Below, piece by piece: positions 1-9,011 of a DNA stretch of 64,000 nt. How positions within the stretch are numbered: position 1 is the first letter of the stretch; each line of letters starts with the position of its first letter. The position numbers and the translations under genes were made by a program. The notes under the pieces were generated by a model. It had not been told where the DNA came from. It saw only the letters and a program-made list of their open reading frames with translations, and ran no database searches. Source of the DNA: a bacterium (GTDB lineage: Bacteria; UBA8248); NCBI GenBank assembly GCA_963692865.2, contig OY843592.1:3264001-3328000 (forward strand). Direction: 5' to 3'.

Positions 1-257
1 TTGACGAACGCGAGCGTCCCCGGCGCGACGCCCAGCAGCGACGCCAGCGAGGCGCGGATCTCCTCCACGCGCAGCCTGGAGAAGGCCTCCCGGCCGCCGC
101 GCTCGTTCATCTCCCGCAGGAAATCGGGGATGGCGTCCTGGGCGCACTGCGGGAGGGGCGCCTTGTTGGCGAGGTCGAGGTAGGTCCAGCTCCGCGTGAC
201 GGGAAACTCGTCTCTCAAAGCCGCGAAATCCGGCGCAACCGCCCGTTCTTCATTCAT
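1..257 (-). CDS. Class V PLP aminotransferase / cysteine desulfurase-like protein, N-terminal part (runs off window)
   Basis: Manual translation: MNEERAVAPDFAALRDEFPVTRSWTYLDLANKAPLPQCAQDAI...IRASLASLLGVAPGTLAFV, matching the 'RdeFP..YLD.A' start of the family; GGGAG RBS upstream. Not in the ORF track. Confidence 0.8.
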   Translation of the reverse strand, partial: MNEERAVAPDFAALRDEFPVTRSWTYLDLANKAPLPQCAQDAIPDFLREMNERGGREAFSRLRVEEIRASLASLLGVAPGTLAFV

Positions 258-302
258 CCGTTATTCTCCCGCCGCAGAAGCCGGTAAACCCTTATCCAAA
301 GA

Positions 303-314
303 ATTATATACAAT
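303..314. promoter_or_regulatory. Near-palindrome ATTATATACAAT (TATAAT -10 on minus strand; GntR/FadR-like operator shape)
   Basis: Lies within a 17-mer AGAATTATATACAATCC that recurs identically at 2307-2323 inside a diverged duplication. Confidence 0.45.
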
Positions 315-326
315 CCCGCCCGAAGA

Positions 327-505
327 GGGTTGTGGAAAAAGCCCTGGTTTCGTGATTTGTCGTATGGAGATGAGGGAATGACGATCAAAACCGCACCGCC
401 TCATCCTGAGTAGCGGCGAAGCCGCATATCGAAGGCCAAACGCGATTGATGAATGAGTGTTTACTCTCGCCACGGCGCGAGCCTCTCGCCCTTCGATACG
501 CCGCC
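327..505. repeat. Truncated composite element: left IS-like end plus module B (CCTCATCCTGAGTAGCGGCGAAGCCGC...TCGAAGG)
   Basis: GGGTTGTGGAAAAA at 327; module B left arm 399-435; right arm CCTTCGATACGCCGCC breaks off at 505. Confidence 0.8.
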
Positions 506-674
506 GTTCGGATTTGCGCTGTTTTACATGAAGGGCGTGGCCTCACCCCAGGTCAAGATCCAGCAGATCTGCACCGGAATCATTCCGTTCGTGCTTCTGC
601 AACTGACCGGACTGGCGCTTATAATGGCATTTCCGGAAATCGCCATGTGGCTGCCGAGACAGCTGCTCAATTGA
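498..674 (+). pseudogene. 3' fragment of a TRAP transporter large permease (DctM family)
   Basis: TPPFGFALFYMKGVA...IIPFVLLQLTGLALIMAFPEIAMWLP is the typical DctM C-terminus; the rest of the gene is absent. Confidence 0.85.
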
Positions 675-2091
675 GCCATTCCTGGGCCGGTGCGGCCAGA
701 TCGGGCCTTCGGTCGACCCACGGTCTGGCGGCCTCGAATGCGGCGGCGGCGCGGAAGATGTCTTCCTCGTGCAGGATACTCGAAACCATCTGCATGCCCA
801 CGGGCAGGCCGTCCCGGGTCCATCCCGCCGGCACCGAGGCGGCCGGCTGGCCCGTCAGGTTGAACGGATAGGTGTAGTAAACCCAGGATACGATGTTGCG
901 GTCGGGCAGCTCCGGGGGCGCGTTGCAGTTCACGTCGAAAGCCGAGACGGGAAGCGTCGGCGTCAAGAGCAGATCGTAGTCCTCGAAGAAGAGGCGCATC
1001 TTCTCGCGAAAGTCGTAGCGCCGGAAAACCTTGTCGTAATACCCCTCCAGTTCCTGATCGAGGGCGCCGGCGAGCACGTCGGCAACCGCCGGGTCGAGCA
1101 GGTCCGGCTTGTTGGCGAGCACATCCTTGAGCCGGGTTCCGACGCCGGCGTAGAACTCGGCCATCCAAATGGGGAGCGGGTCCTCTTCCATGACCTGTTC
1201 GACCAGGTCCACGGTGCAGCCGAGATCCTCGAACACCCTGACGGCCTCCTCAACGATCCGGACCACCTCGCCGGTCGGCTGCGCGTAGCCGAGCGTCGGG
1301 CTCCAGGCCAGGCGCATGCCCTCGACCGGACGCTCGCAGGCGGCCAAGAAGTCGGGCACGGGCTGCGCGACGCCGAAGGGATCCCGGCGGTCGTGCCCGG
1401 CGACGGCGTTCAGCAGGAGCGCCCCGTCGCGCACGGTGCGGGTGAGCGGGCCGACATGGGCGAGCGTCGGCGTGGCGCTCGCCGGGAAGACCCCGACGCG
1501 CGCGAACTGCGCCTTGATGCCGAAAAGGCCGCTGAGCGAACTCGGGATGCGGACGGACCCGCCGCCGTCGGTTCCGAGCGCGAACGGTGTGACCCCGGCG
1601 GCAACGCTGGTCGCGGCGCCGCAGCTCGATCCGCCCGGCGTCTTGGCGAGATTCCAGGCGTTCGGCGTCACCCCGGTCAGCGGGCTGTCGCCGACCGCCT
1701 TGCAGCCAAACTCGCTGGTCGTCGACTTACCGACGATGCAGCCGCCCTGCCGCCGCACCCGGTCCACCGAGGGCGCGTCGACAGCCGCGACATTGTCCGC
1801 CATCGCCCGAGAGCCGAAGGTCAGCTTCAGGCCGTCCACGGCGATCAGGTCCTTCACCGAGATGGGTAGGCCGTGCAGCAGTCCGAGCTCTTCGCCGGAC
1901 ATGACGGCCTTTTCGGCCTGCCGCGCCGCTTCGAGGGCGAGGTCGGGCGAGGTCTGGACGAAACAGTTGAGCGTCGGCTCCAGCCCGTCCATGCGCTCCA
2001 GGGACGACCCGACGAGTTCGACCGGCGAGATGTCGCCGCGCGCGATCAGGTCCTTCAACTCGATTGCCGTCATGAACGCGAAATCGCTCAT
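667..2091 (-). CDS. Amidase signature family enzyme
   Basis: LHGLPISVKD, PGGSSCG and GTDGGGSVRIP motifs (Ser-cisSer-Lys triad); start at MSDF with ATGA overlap to upstream ORF. Confidence 0.93.
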   Translation of the reverse strand: MSDFAFMTAIELKDLIARGDISPVELVGSSLERMDGLEPTLNCFVQTSPDLALEAARQAEKAVMSGEELGLLHGLPISVKDLIAVDGLKLTFGSRAMADNVAAVDAPSVDRVRRQGGCIVGKSTTSEFGCKAVGDSPLTGVTPNAWNLAKTPGGSSCGAATSVAAGVTPFALGTDGGGSVRIPSSLSGLFGIKAQFARVGVFPASATPTLAHVGPLTRTVRDGALLLNAVAGHDRRDPFGVAQPVPDFLAACERPVEGMRLAWSPTLGYAQPTGEVVRIVEEAVRVFEDLGCTVDLVEQVMEEDPLPIWMAEFYAGVGTRLKDVLANKPDLLDPAVADVLAGALDQELEGYYDKVFRRYDFREKMRLFFEDYDLLLTPTLPVSAFDVNCNAPPELPDRNIVSWVYYTYPFNLTGQPAASVPAGWTRDGLPVGMQMVSSILHEEDIFRAAAAFEAARPWVDRRPDLAAPAQEWLN

Positions 2092-2264
2092 CGTTCCTGT
2101 CCGTCGAGCCACCCGCCAAGCGTCTCGAGCGTCATCGTAAACCGCTCGATTTCATCCACGTCTATCGCGCTGAAGGTCCGGAATAGATCCTGTCCGATGT
2201 CCTTGTGGATCCTGTCGAGCAGCGCCGTAAAACCCGGAGCCACCGCTCCCTGTTGTTCGTTCAT
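2088..2264 (-). pseudogene. 58-aa chimeric ORF: aminotransferase-like N-terminus fused to a MarR-like C-terminal helix
   Basis: MNEQQGAVAPGFTALLDRIHKDIGQDLFRTFSAIDVDEIERFTMTLETLGGWLDGQER; first ~15 codons resemble the gene at 257; stop overlaps amidase ATG; MarR resemblance is by eye only. Confidence 0.5.
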
Positions 2265-2330
2265 CCGTTTTCTCCCGTTGGGTAAGTCGGCAAAATCCTT
2301 GTTCGGAGAATTATATACAATCCTGCCCGA

Positions 2331-2390
2331 AGGGGGTTGTTAAGAAAGTCCACTGAAGTAGCGTTTGCGTCTTTTGTAGTAACAGCCCCT
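2331..2390. mobile_element. 60-bp minimal element, essentially two IS-like inverted ends
   Basis: AGGGGGTTGTTAAGAAA ... TAGTAACAGCCCCT. Confidence 0.55.
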
Positions 2391-2408
2391 CTTGAGTCCG
2401 ACTCGCGT

Positions 2409-3462
2409 TCAGTCGGTGAAGGAAAAATCCATCCTGCGCGTCACGCTGTGCGTGTTCCCGAACGTCGGGATGACGAGGCTGTGCTTCCCGAGGCCCCCCG
2501 CGACGAACAGGCAGATGCTGTCCTCATCGGCGACGACGGGAACGCTCCCGAGGTCTTCCCGGGCCAGAAGGTCGTCCCGGCGTCCCCGTGCGCGTTCGAG
2601 GTTCGCCGGCGCGAACATAGACGTCGGCACCCTGCCCCGCTCGTACAGGAAGGCCTTGATTCGCGGCGGATCCCAGCCGTCGCGCACGAGCATGTCGACG
2701 TGTTCGGGGCCGAGGACGACCGCCATCTCCCCGCCGAAGAGCGCGTTGTTGCTCCCCGCCTGCATCATCGAAGAAGCGATGGACTGAAGCACGCCCTCGC
2801 CATCCGTGCTGGCCGCGTCGTTGACCATGATGTGCGGGTCGACGGCGATGACCGTCACGGCGCTCTCCGAACGCTCCAGGCCGCGCTCGACGTGGAGCGG
2901 CGGCCACGGGCTCGCTTCCTCATTTTCGCCGATGCAGCTCGAGAACTTGCCCTGGTGGCCGAAGGTGCTGCGATCGGTATCGCCCGGTTTGGCGCCCCCG
3001 ATGTTCTGGAGGATGAACCGGAACGCCCTGCCGATGGTGGCGTTGGCCCGCCAGCCCTGGCCGAAGAGGTTCTCCTTGCAATTGACTCCCAGCACATGTC
3101 GGGCGGGGCCGTGGACGACGATGAGCTGCGCGATGCAGTTCGTCGTCCCCTGTACTCCCGGCAGGTTGTATGCGGGGTCGAAGATGGCGTCGACGGCGGT
3201 AACGAGCACCGGCATGTACTCGGGCTTACAGCCCGCCATGGCGGCGTTGACGGCGATCTTCTCGATCGTGGCGTCGCCGAACAGATGGGGGATGCGTCCG
3301 CGGGATTCCTCGGGCGGACGACCCGATGCCTCCACCATGCCCGCCACCCGCTCTTCGGTCGGCGGGATGACGGGCAGCCCGTCCCCCCAGCCTTGTTCCA
3401 TCACGTACTCGAAACTCCAGGGGGGATTCCGCCACCTCGTGGCGCGCGGAGGCCAGCTTCAT
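2409..3462 (-). CDS. Uncharacterised UGSC-partner protein (GW.DGLP..PPT family); +1 frameshift near 3411-3425 or alternative GTG start at 3404
   Basis: Motifs WGDGLPVIPPTEERV, NAAMAGCKPEY, RANATIGRA, ENEEASPW; ATG 3462 overlaps the upstream stop (ATGA); paralog at 50715. Confidence 0.85.
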
Positions 3463-4013
3463 CCTTCGTCTTCCGGGGGCGTATGCGTGAGGGACGCCGC
3501 CACGCTCTCAAAAATCCCGTCCGCGTGGTCATGCACCGTATCGAGCGGTATTCCGGTGATGGGATGGGGGATCGAGACGAGCGGCAGGCCCGCGAAGCCC
3601 AGCGCCCGCGCCTTCTTGCGGCCGAAGGCCTCGAACATGTCCGTGATGACGGTGAGCGTGGGGAGCCCGCGCTGCTCCAGCTCGATCGCGTCGTGGATAC
3701 TCCACGGCGTGCAGGAGCCTCAGTCGGGCACGGCGTTCACCACGAAGTCGCACTCCTCGGCCATCCGGTCGATCAGGTCCTCCTCCAGCGGGAGCGCGCT
3801 GCCGCTCTTGCGGTAGTGCGTGAACGAGCCGATGGGATATTTCCCGCTCAAGCGCTCCTCCAGGCGGCGCAGCAGCTTGTCGGAGTTTGGCTTCGTGTTG
3901 TCGAGAAGGCCCAGGCGAATTCCCTCGTGGGAGGCGGGGCGCGCGGCAGGGCGCACCTTCGGGATCGGAGGGGGTATTCCCGAGGGATCGAGGATCACCA
4001 GAGTCTTCCCCAT
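3459..4013 (-). CDS. UGSC-family selenoprotein (184 aa, Sec98)
   Basis: Frame continues through TGA at 3722-3720: ...VVNAVPD-U-GSCTPWSIHDAIELEQRGLPTLTVITDMFEAFGRKKARALGFAGLPLVSIPHPI...EDEG*; UxxC motif and downstream hairpin. Confidence 0.9.
3687..3719 (-). promoter_or_regulatory. Putative bacterial SECIS hairpin
   Basis: Stem CGTGGA/TCCACG (3706-3692) with G-first apical loop GTA about 20 nt 3' of the UGA. Confidence 0.7.
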
Positions 4014-4169
4014 AGCGGACGCCTCTCCATGATGGTGAGACCGGTGATGCTATCATCGATGGGCGAGGGCCTCAACAAACCCTTGACTCGCCTCCCATGA
4101 CATGCAATCAAAACGGACGCGGATTCGTTGAAACTCCCGCGCGGCGCGGACGGCGGGCGGGTTCCGTCT

Positions 4170-5303
4170 TTACTCCTCGTTTCCGGCTTGCGGCTGGACC
4201 CGCCACACCTCGATGATCGAGCCGACGATGCCCCTGGGCGCCAGCAGAATCGTGATGATGAAGAACAGGCCGATGATCAGGATCGCCCGCTCGGTGTATT
4301 CACCCAGAAAATCGTTCAGGTAATGGACGAAGCTCGCCCCGACGAAGGGGCCGATGAGCGTTCCGAGTCCGCCGACGACCGACCAGATGACGATCTCTCC
4401 CGAATGCAGCACGTCCATCTGCTCGGTGCCGATGATGCCGTTTTTCAGCAGCACCAACACCCCCGCCAACGAGGTGAAGAATCCCGAAACGGCCGTGTTG
4501 AATATCTTGTAAGCGTTCACGTTGTAGCCGAGATAGGCGGCCCGCCGCTCGTTCTCGCGGATGCCCATGAACACGAGCCCGACGGGCGAGCGGAGGAAGG
4601 CCCGCAAACAAATGTAGGATGCGAACACGACGCCGAACGTCAGGTACCAGAAATGCGAGAACTCTCCGGTCTCGACCCCGAACAGCCCGAAAAACCCGAG
4701 TGTGGGCAAATCGATCGTCATGCCGTCCTCGCCGTTCGTCATCGAGACCCACGAATTCGCGACGATGAACGCCACGCTGCCGAAAACCAGCGTGATGATG
4801 CCGAAATAGATGTCGCGGACGCGGACGGAGAACGCGCCCATGCAGGTCGTGAGCGCCGTTCCCAGGAAGACGGCGAAGCCTATCGCCGCCCAGGGACTCC
4901 AGCCATATTTGGTCAGCATGATCGCGGCGCCGTAGGCCCCGACGCCCGCGAGCGCCGCGTGCGCGAAACTGGCGAGTCCGACGAAGCCCATCATCACGTC
5001 GAGGCTCATCGCCAGAAGGCCCAGAATGAGCATCTCGCTGTAGAAGCGCAATTCGAAATCGCCGGCCCAAAACGGCAGGCTCAAGCCCACCAGGAATATG
5101 ACGGGGGCGGCGTACCTGACGCCGAAAAAAGGCTGGAGGCCGAGCTTCACCCGCTCGGGCAATCTCGACAACAGCCATACGACGAGCGGCAGCAAGGCGA
5201 GCAAGGCGAGCAATTCCACCGCCGCCAGGACGGGCAACAGCCAGAACGTCACCCCGACCAGGACGATGACGGGAACGCCGATGCGAAGCGAGAGATCGAT
5301 CAT
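4170..5303 (-). CDS. livM: Branched-chain amino acid-type ABC permease
   Basis: GLASFAHAA, YFGIITL, GIRENERRAAYLG, VVGGLGTLIGP. Confidence 0.9.
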   Translation of the reverse strand: MIDLSLRIGVPVIVLVGVTFWLLPVLAAVELLALLALLPLVVWLLSRLPERVKLGLQPFFGVRYAAPVIFLVGLSLPFWAGDFELRFYSEMLILGLLAMSLDVMMGFVGLASFAHAALAGVGAYGAAIMLTKYGWSPWAAIGFAVFLGTALTTCMGAFSVRVRDIYFGIITLVFGSVAFIVANSWVSMTNGEDGMTIDLPTLGFFGLFGVETGEFSHFWYLTFGVVFASYICLRAFLRSPVGLVFMGIRENERRAAYLGYNVNAYKIFNTAVSGFFTSLAGVLVLLKNGIIGTEQMDVLHSGEIVIWSVVGGLGTLIGPFVGASFVHYLNDFLGEYTERAILIIGLFFIITILLAPRGIVGSIIEVWRVQPQAGNEE

Positions 5304-6184
5304 TCGAGACCCCTGTCACCCATCAGGCCGTTGGGCCGGAAAACGAGGAATACCAGAAGCACGAGCAGGCTCAGAATCTGCGGCTGGGAGCCTTCCAGGA
5401 AAATAGAGCCGATGGCCTCCAACTCGCCTATCAGGAGCGCTGCGAGCATCGTCCCCGGCAGACTGCCCAGACCGCCGACGACAACGACGATGAACGCGGC
5501 GACGATGATGTCCGACCCCATCGAATAGTCGACGCTGAATATCGGGGCGACCAGGACACCGCTCATCGCGGCGAGCCCGCATCCGACCGCAAAGACCAAC
5601 TGGTACACCCGGGGCACGGGCACGCCCATGCAGGCGGCCATTTCGCGGTTCTGGATGGTCGCCTGAATCCACACCCCCCACTTCGTTCGCGTGACGAACA
5701 GCCAGAGCAGGAGCATAATGAGCGCGGCCACTCCCATGATGACGATCCGGTAGAGGGGGAATTCCAGGTCGAAAAAGGGAACCGAAGCCTTGATCGGCGG
5801 AGCCATGAATTTGCCGATGGTGCCGAAAATCGTCAGGGCCGCCTGCTGGAGCACGAGCGCCAGCCCGAAAGACACCAGGAGGGGAATGAACGGATTTCCC
5901 CCGTGCGTCGTCCGGAACAGGCTGCGCTCTATGGCGTAACCGAAGGCGGCGACCACGACGCCCGCGATCACCACCGCGCCCCAGAAACCGACGACCGCGG
6001 AGCCGAATTTCAGCGCGAGCCAACCGGCGAACGCGCCCGCCATGTAGAATTCCCCGTGCGCGAAATTGACGATATTCATCACGCCCAGGATGAGGGTGAA
6101 GCCCGCGGCGACCAGGGCCAGCACGAGTCCGTTCTGGAGTCCCATGACGGATTCGATGACAAGGCGTTCTAGGAATTGCTCCAT
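5300..6184 (-). CDS. livH: Branched-chain amino acid-type ABC permease
   Basis: GFTLILGVMNIVNFAHGE, VVGGLGSLPG. Confidence 0.9.
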   Translation of the reverse strand: MEQFLERLVIESVMGLQNGLVLALVAAGFTLILGVMNIVNFAHGEFYMAGAFAGWLALKFGSAVVGFWGAVVIAGVVVAAFGYAIERSLFRTTHGGNPFIPLLVSFGLALVLQQAALTIFGTIGKFMAPPIKASVPFFDLEFPLYRIVIMGVAALIMLLLWLFVTRTKWGVWIQATIQNREMAACMGVPVPRVYQLVFAVGCGLAAMSGVLVAPIFSVDYSMGSDIIVAAFIVVVVGGLGSLPGTMLAALLIGELEAIGSIFLEGSQPQILSLLVLLVFLVFRPNGLMGDRGLE

Positions 6185-6897
6185 CAGGCGACTCCCAGAT
6201 GCTCGTGGAGAGTCTCCGAATCGGCCAGGACGTCAGCCGACTCGCCGCCATGGACGATTCGCCCCTTGGCCATGATGTAGCCCCGCGCGCTCGCCCGCAG
6301 GGCCAGCCTGTAATCCTGCTCGACGAGGAGGATGGCGATCTTGAGTTCCTCGCTCATCCACCGGATGATCTGCTCAATCTCGTTGACCATGGCCGGCATC
6401 AGGCCCTCGGTGGGTTCATCGAGCAGTATGAGTTTCGGTTGGGTGACGATCGCCCGCGCGAGGGCCAGCATCTGCTGCTCGCCGCCGGAAAGGGTGGAGC
6501 CGACCTGATCGGCCCGCTCCTTCAGGCGGGGAAACGACTCATAGACGGCGTCCAGATTTTTTTGTTTCTCCCCTTCGCTCAACTTCTGCAGATCGAGGCC
6601 GATGCGCAGGTTCTGCATGACGGAGAGTCTCGGGAATACCTGGCGGTTCTCTGGAACATAACCGATGCCGAGCGTCGCCATTTTGTAGGGAGGTACGCCC
6701 GTGACGTCGCTTTCGCCAAAAAAAATCCGGCCGCGGCGCGGTGGATTGAGACCCATGATGGTCCGCATGGTGGTCGATTTTCCCACGCCGTTCCGCCCCA
6801 GCAGCGAGACGGTCTCGCCTTCGGCGACCTCGAGGCTCACCCCCTGGAGGATGTGGCTTTTTTCATAATAAGAATGGACGGCTTCAAGCCGCAGCAT
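6184..6897 (-). CDS. livF: ABC ATPase
   Basis: GRNGVGKST, LSGGEQQM, LLDEPTEGL, LLVEQ. Confidence 0.92.
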   Translation of the reverse strand: MLRLEAVHSYYEKSHILQGVSLEVAEGETVSLLGRNGVGKSTTMRTIMGLNPPRRGRIFFGESDVTGVPPYKMATLGIGYVPENRQVFPRLSVMQNLRIGLDLQKLSEGEKQKNLDAVYESFPRLKERADQVGSTLSGGEQQMLALARAIVTQPKLILLDEPTEGLMPAMVNEIEQIIRWMSEELKIAILLVEQDYRLALRASARGYIMAKGRIVHGGESADVLADSETLHEHLGVA

Positions 6898-7639
6898 CGG
6901 AACTTCTCAGATATACGCGCTGCACGTCGTCGTCGTTTTTTATCTCATCGGGAGTACCTTCCGCGATGATCTCCCCGTGGTGAAACACGCTAATCTGCTC
7001 GGCGATCGACATGACGACTTCCATGTCGTGTTCCACGAGAACGATGCTCAGTCTTTCGGAGAGGCGCTTGATCAGGGCGGCCGTCTCCTGAGTTTCCACC
7101 GCGCTCATGCCGGCGGTCGGCTCGTCGAGAAGCAGCAACTCGGGCGACAAGGCCAGGGCAAGGCCGATCTCCAGATATTTCTGTTCCCCGTGCGCCAGGT
7201 TGGAAGCAAGCTCCACCCGCTTCGCGGACATTCCGATCTCTTCGAGCACTTCGTCCACACTGGTCTCGACGTTTTGATGACTGGCGGCATTGCGGAACGG
7301 ATGAAAGCTCATGGCGCGGTTCTGCGCGGCGAGGCGCAAATTCTCTTCCACCGTGAGGTTCGGAAAGATATTCGTGATCTGAAAAGCGAGGCTGACCCCG
7401 AGCCGGCTGATTTTATGGGGCGGCATTCGGGAGGTATCGACTCCGTTGATCCGGATCTCGCCGCTCGAAGGCCGCTGCACACCCATCAGCATGCTGAAAA
7501 AGGTGCTCTTGCCCGCTCCGTTCGGACCGATGATGGCCCGCAACTGGTCTTTCGGGAGCTGGAAATCGACGTGGTCGACCGCAACCAGGGCGCCGAACGC
7601 CTTGGTCAGAGCCTTCGTCTCCAGAATGAAATCGGACAC
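6884..7639 (-). CDS. livG: ABC ATPase
   Basis: GPNGAGKST, LAHGEQK, LLDEPTAG, VEHDM; GTG start at 7639 chosen. Confidence 0.9.
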   Translation of the reverse strand: MSDFILETKALTKAFGALVAVDHVDFQLPKDQLRAIIGPNGAGKSTFFSMLMGVQRPSSGEIRINGVDTSRMPPHKISRLGVSLAFQITNIFPNLTVEENLRLAAQNRAMSFHPFRNAASHQNVETSVDEVLEEIGMSAKRVELASNLAHGEQKYLEIGLALALSPELLLLDEPTAGMSAVETQETAALIKRLSERLSIVLVEHDMEVVMSIAEQISVFHHGEIIAEGTPDEIKNDDDVQRVYLRSSDAAA

Positions 7640-7668
7640 TCCGAACCTTCCCGGTGGGCGCGACGGCC

Positions 7669-7702
7669 GCCCCCTGCCCGTTGGAAACCGGGCGGGGGGC
7701 GG
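7669..7702. terminator. GC-rich intercistronic hairpin after the solute-binding gene
   Basis: GCCCCCCTGCCCG ... CGGGCGGGGGGC inverted repeat; no U-tract, so more likely an mRNA stabiliser. Confidence 0.5.
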
Positions 7703-7721
7703 ACTTCGCCGTGCCATGAAA

Positions 7722-9011
7722 TCAGGCGCAAGTGCTGAACTTTGCGTCGTAGAGCGTCGTCTTCATCGGCACCTTGTCACCGATGATCTTGAAGTGAAGG
7801 TTATCGTCCACGGTCGTCATGTAGAAATCGACGAAACCCTGGTGGTCGGTGCTGCGCAGGTAGATGTCGCCTTGCGGGAAGTCGCTGCCCTGGGAGAACA
7901 TCCGGCCCGGCCCCATCGGCGTCTTGCCGCCTTCGAGCCACTTGACCATCCTGTCCGTATCTTCCTTCCTGTCCTTGAACTTGACGGCCTGCATCGCCTG
8001 CTTGATGACGTTCATGCCGGTAAACTGCGCCTGGGCGAATCCGCTCGGCAGCACGCCCTTGCTCAGCTTCATGAACTCACCGCGGAACGCGTGGTTCGGG
8101 GCGTTGTCGAACGGCGAGCCCTTGAGATCGTTGACCGGCGAGTAGCGGTGCAGATAGAACCCGCCGACCGCGCTCTTGCCCTGCTGGGTAATGGTGTTCA
8201 CGTCGCACACCGACGCCGGCCCGATGACTTTCGCCTTTTTCGTAAGACCCACATCGCCCAGGGCGAGCATCGATTTAATGGCGGCGCCGCCCGACATCCC
8301 CATCACGATCGCGTCGGCATCCTGCGAAAGACGGTTCACGTAGGCGATGTAATCCGCCGTCTTGAGAGGAACGGGCACCGGGTCGATCCACTTGCCGCCG
8401 AGGCGCTTGAACTCGTCGCGGAAATCGAACGCCACGGACTGGCCCCATGCGAAGTCCATGTAGAGCCCCGTCGCGGTCTTGACGCCGTTCTTGATCGCCC
8501 ATGGCGCCATGGCGATGGCCTGGCTCTTCGTGGTGTTGTAGGGCCTGAAAACATATTTCGGGCAGGCGGGCGCCTTGCCGCCTGTCAGGTTGGTCGTCTC
8601 GCAACCCGTGCCCAGGACGTAGAGCATCTTGTAGCGTTTCGCCACCGGTGCGAGCTGGACGCAGATGCCGCTGCTGGAAGTACCCGTCAACGCGTCGATT
8701 TTTTCTTTCAGGATCAGCTTCTCGACCTCGCGCACGGCCTGGGCGGGCTTGAAGGCGTCGTCGCGCTCGATGACCTGGATCTTGCGCCCGTTGATGCCGC
8801 CGGCGTTGTTGATCCGGTTGACGGCGACCGTCAGTCCCCAGCGCCCCTGCTCACCGAGTGCGGCAAGCGGCCCGCTGAACGTGTTGACGTGGCCGATCTT
8901 GATGGGGGCTGCGGCCCACGCCTTTCTGAGAAAAAACGGCCCTGCGCTTGCGGTCACGGCGCCGACTGCTGCGAGCTTCAAGAAGTCACGTCTCGAGTTT
9001 CTTGCGGCCAT
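7722..9011 (-). CDS. ABC substrate-binding protein, LivK-like, Tat-exported
   Basis: SRRDFLK twin-arginine signal; IKIG...SGPLAALG...INNAGGINGRKI. Confidence 0.9.
   Translation of the reverse strand: MAARNSRRDFLKLAAVGAVTASAGPFFLRKAWAAAPIKIGHVNTFSGPLAALGEQGRWGLTVAVNRINNAGGINGRKIQVIERDDAFKPAQAVREVEKLILKEKIDALTGTSSSGICVQLAPVAKRYKMLYVLGTGCETTNLTGGKAPACPKYVFRPYNTTKSQAIAMAPWAIKNGVKTATGLYMDFAWGQSVAFDFRDEFKRLGGKWIDPVPVPLKTADYIAYVNRLSQDADAIVMGMSGGAAIKSMLALGDVGLTKKAKVIGPASVCDVNTITQQGKSAVGGFYLHRYSPVNDLKGSPFDNAPNHAFRGEFMKLSKGVLPSGFAQAQFTGMNVIKQAMQAVKFKDRKEDTDRMVKWLEGGKTPMGPGRMFSQGSDFPQGDIYLRSTDHQGFVDFYMTTVDDNLHFKIIGDKVPMKTTLYDAKFSTCA

Noticed and set aside
667-2091. gatA
   Set aside because: No gatB/gatC neighbours; context and sequence fit a catabolic amidase.
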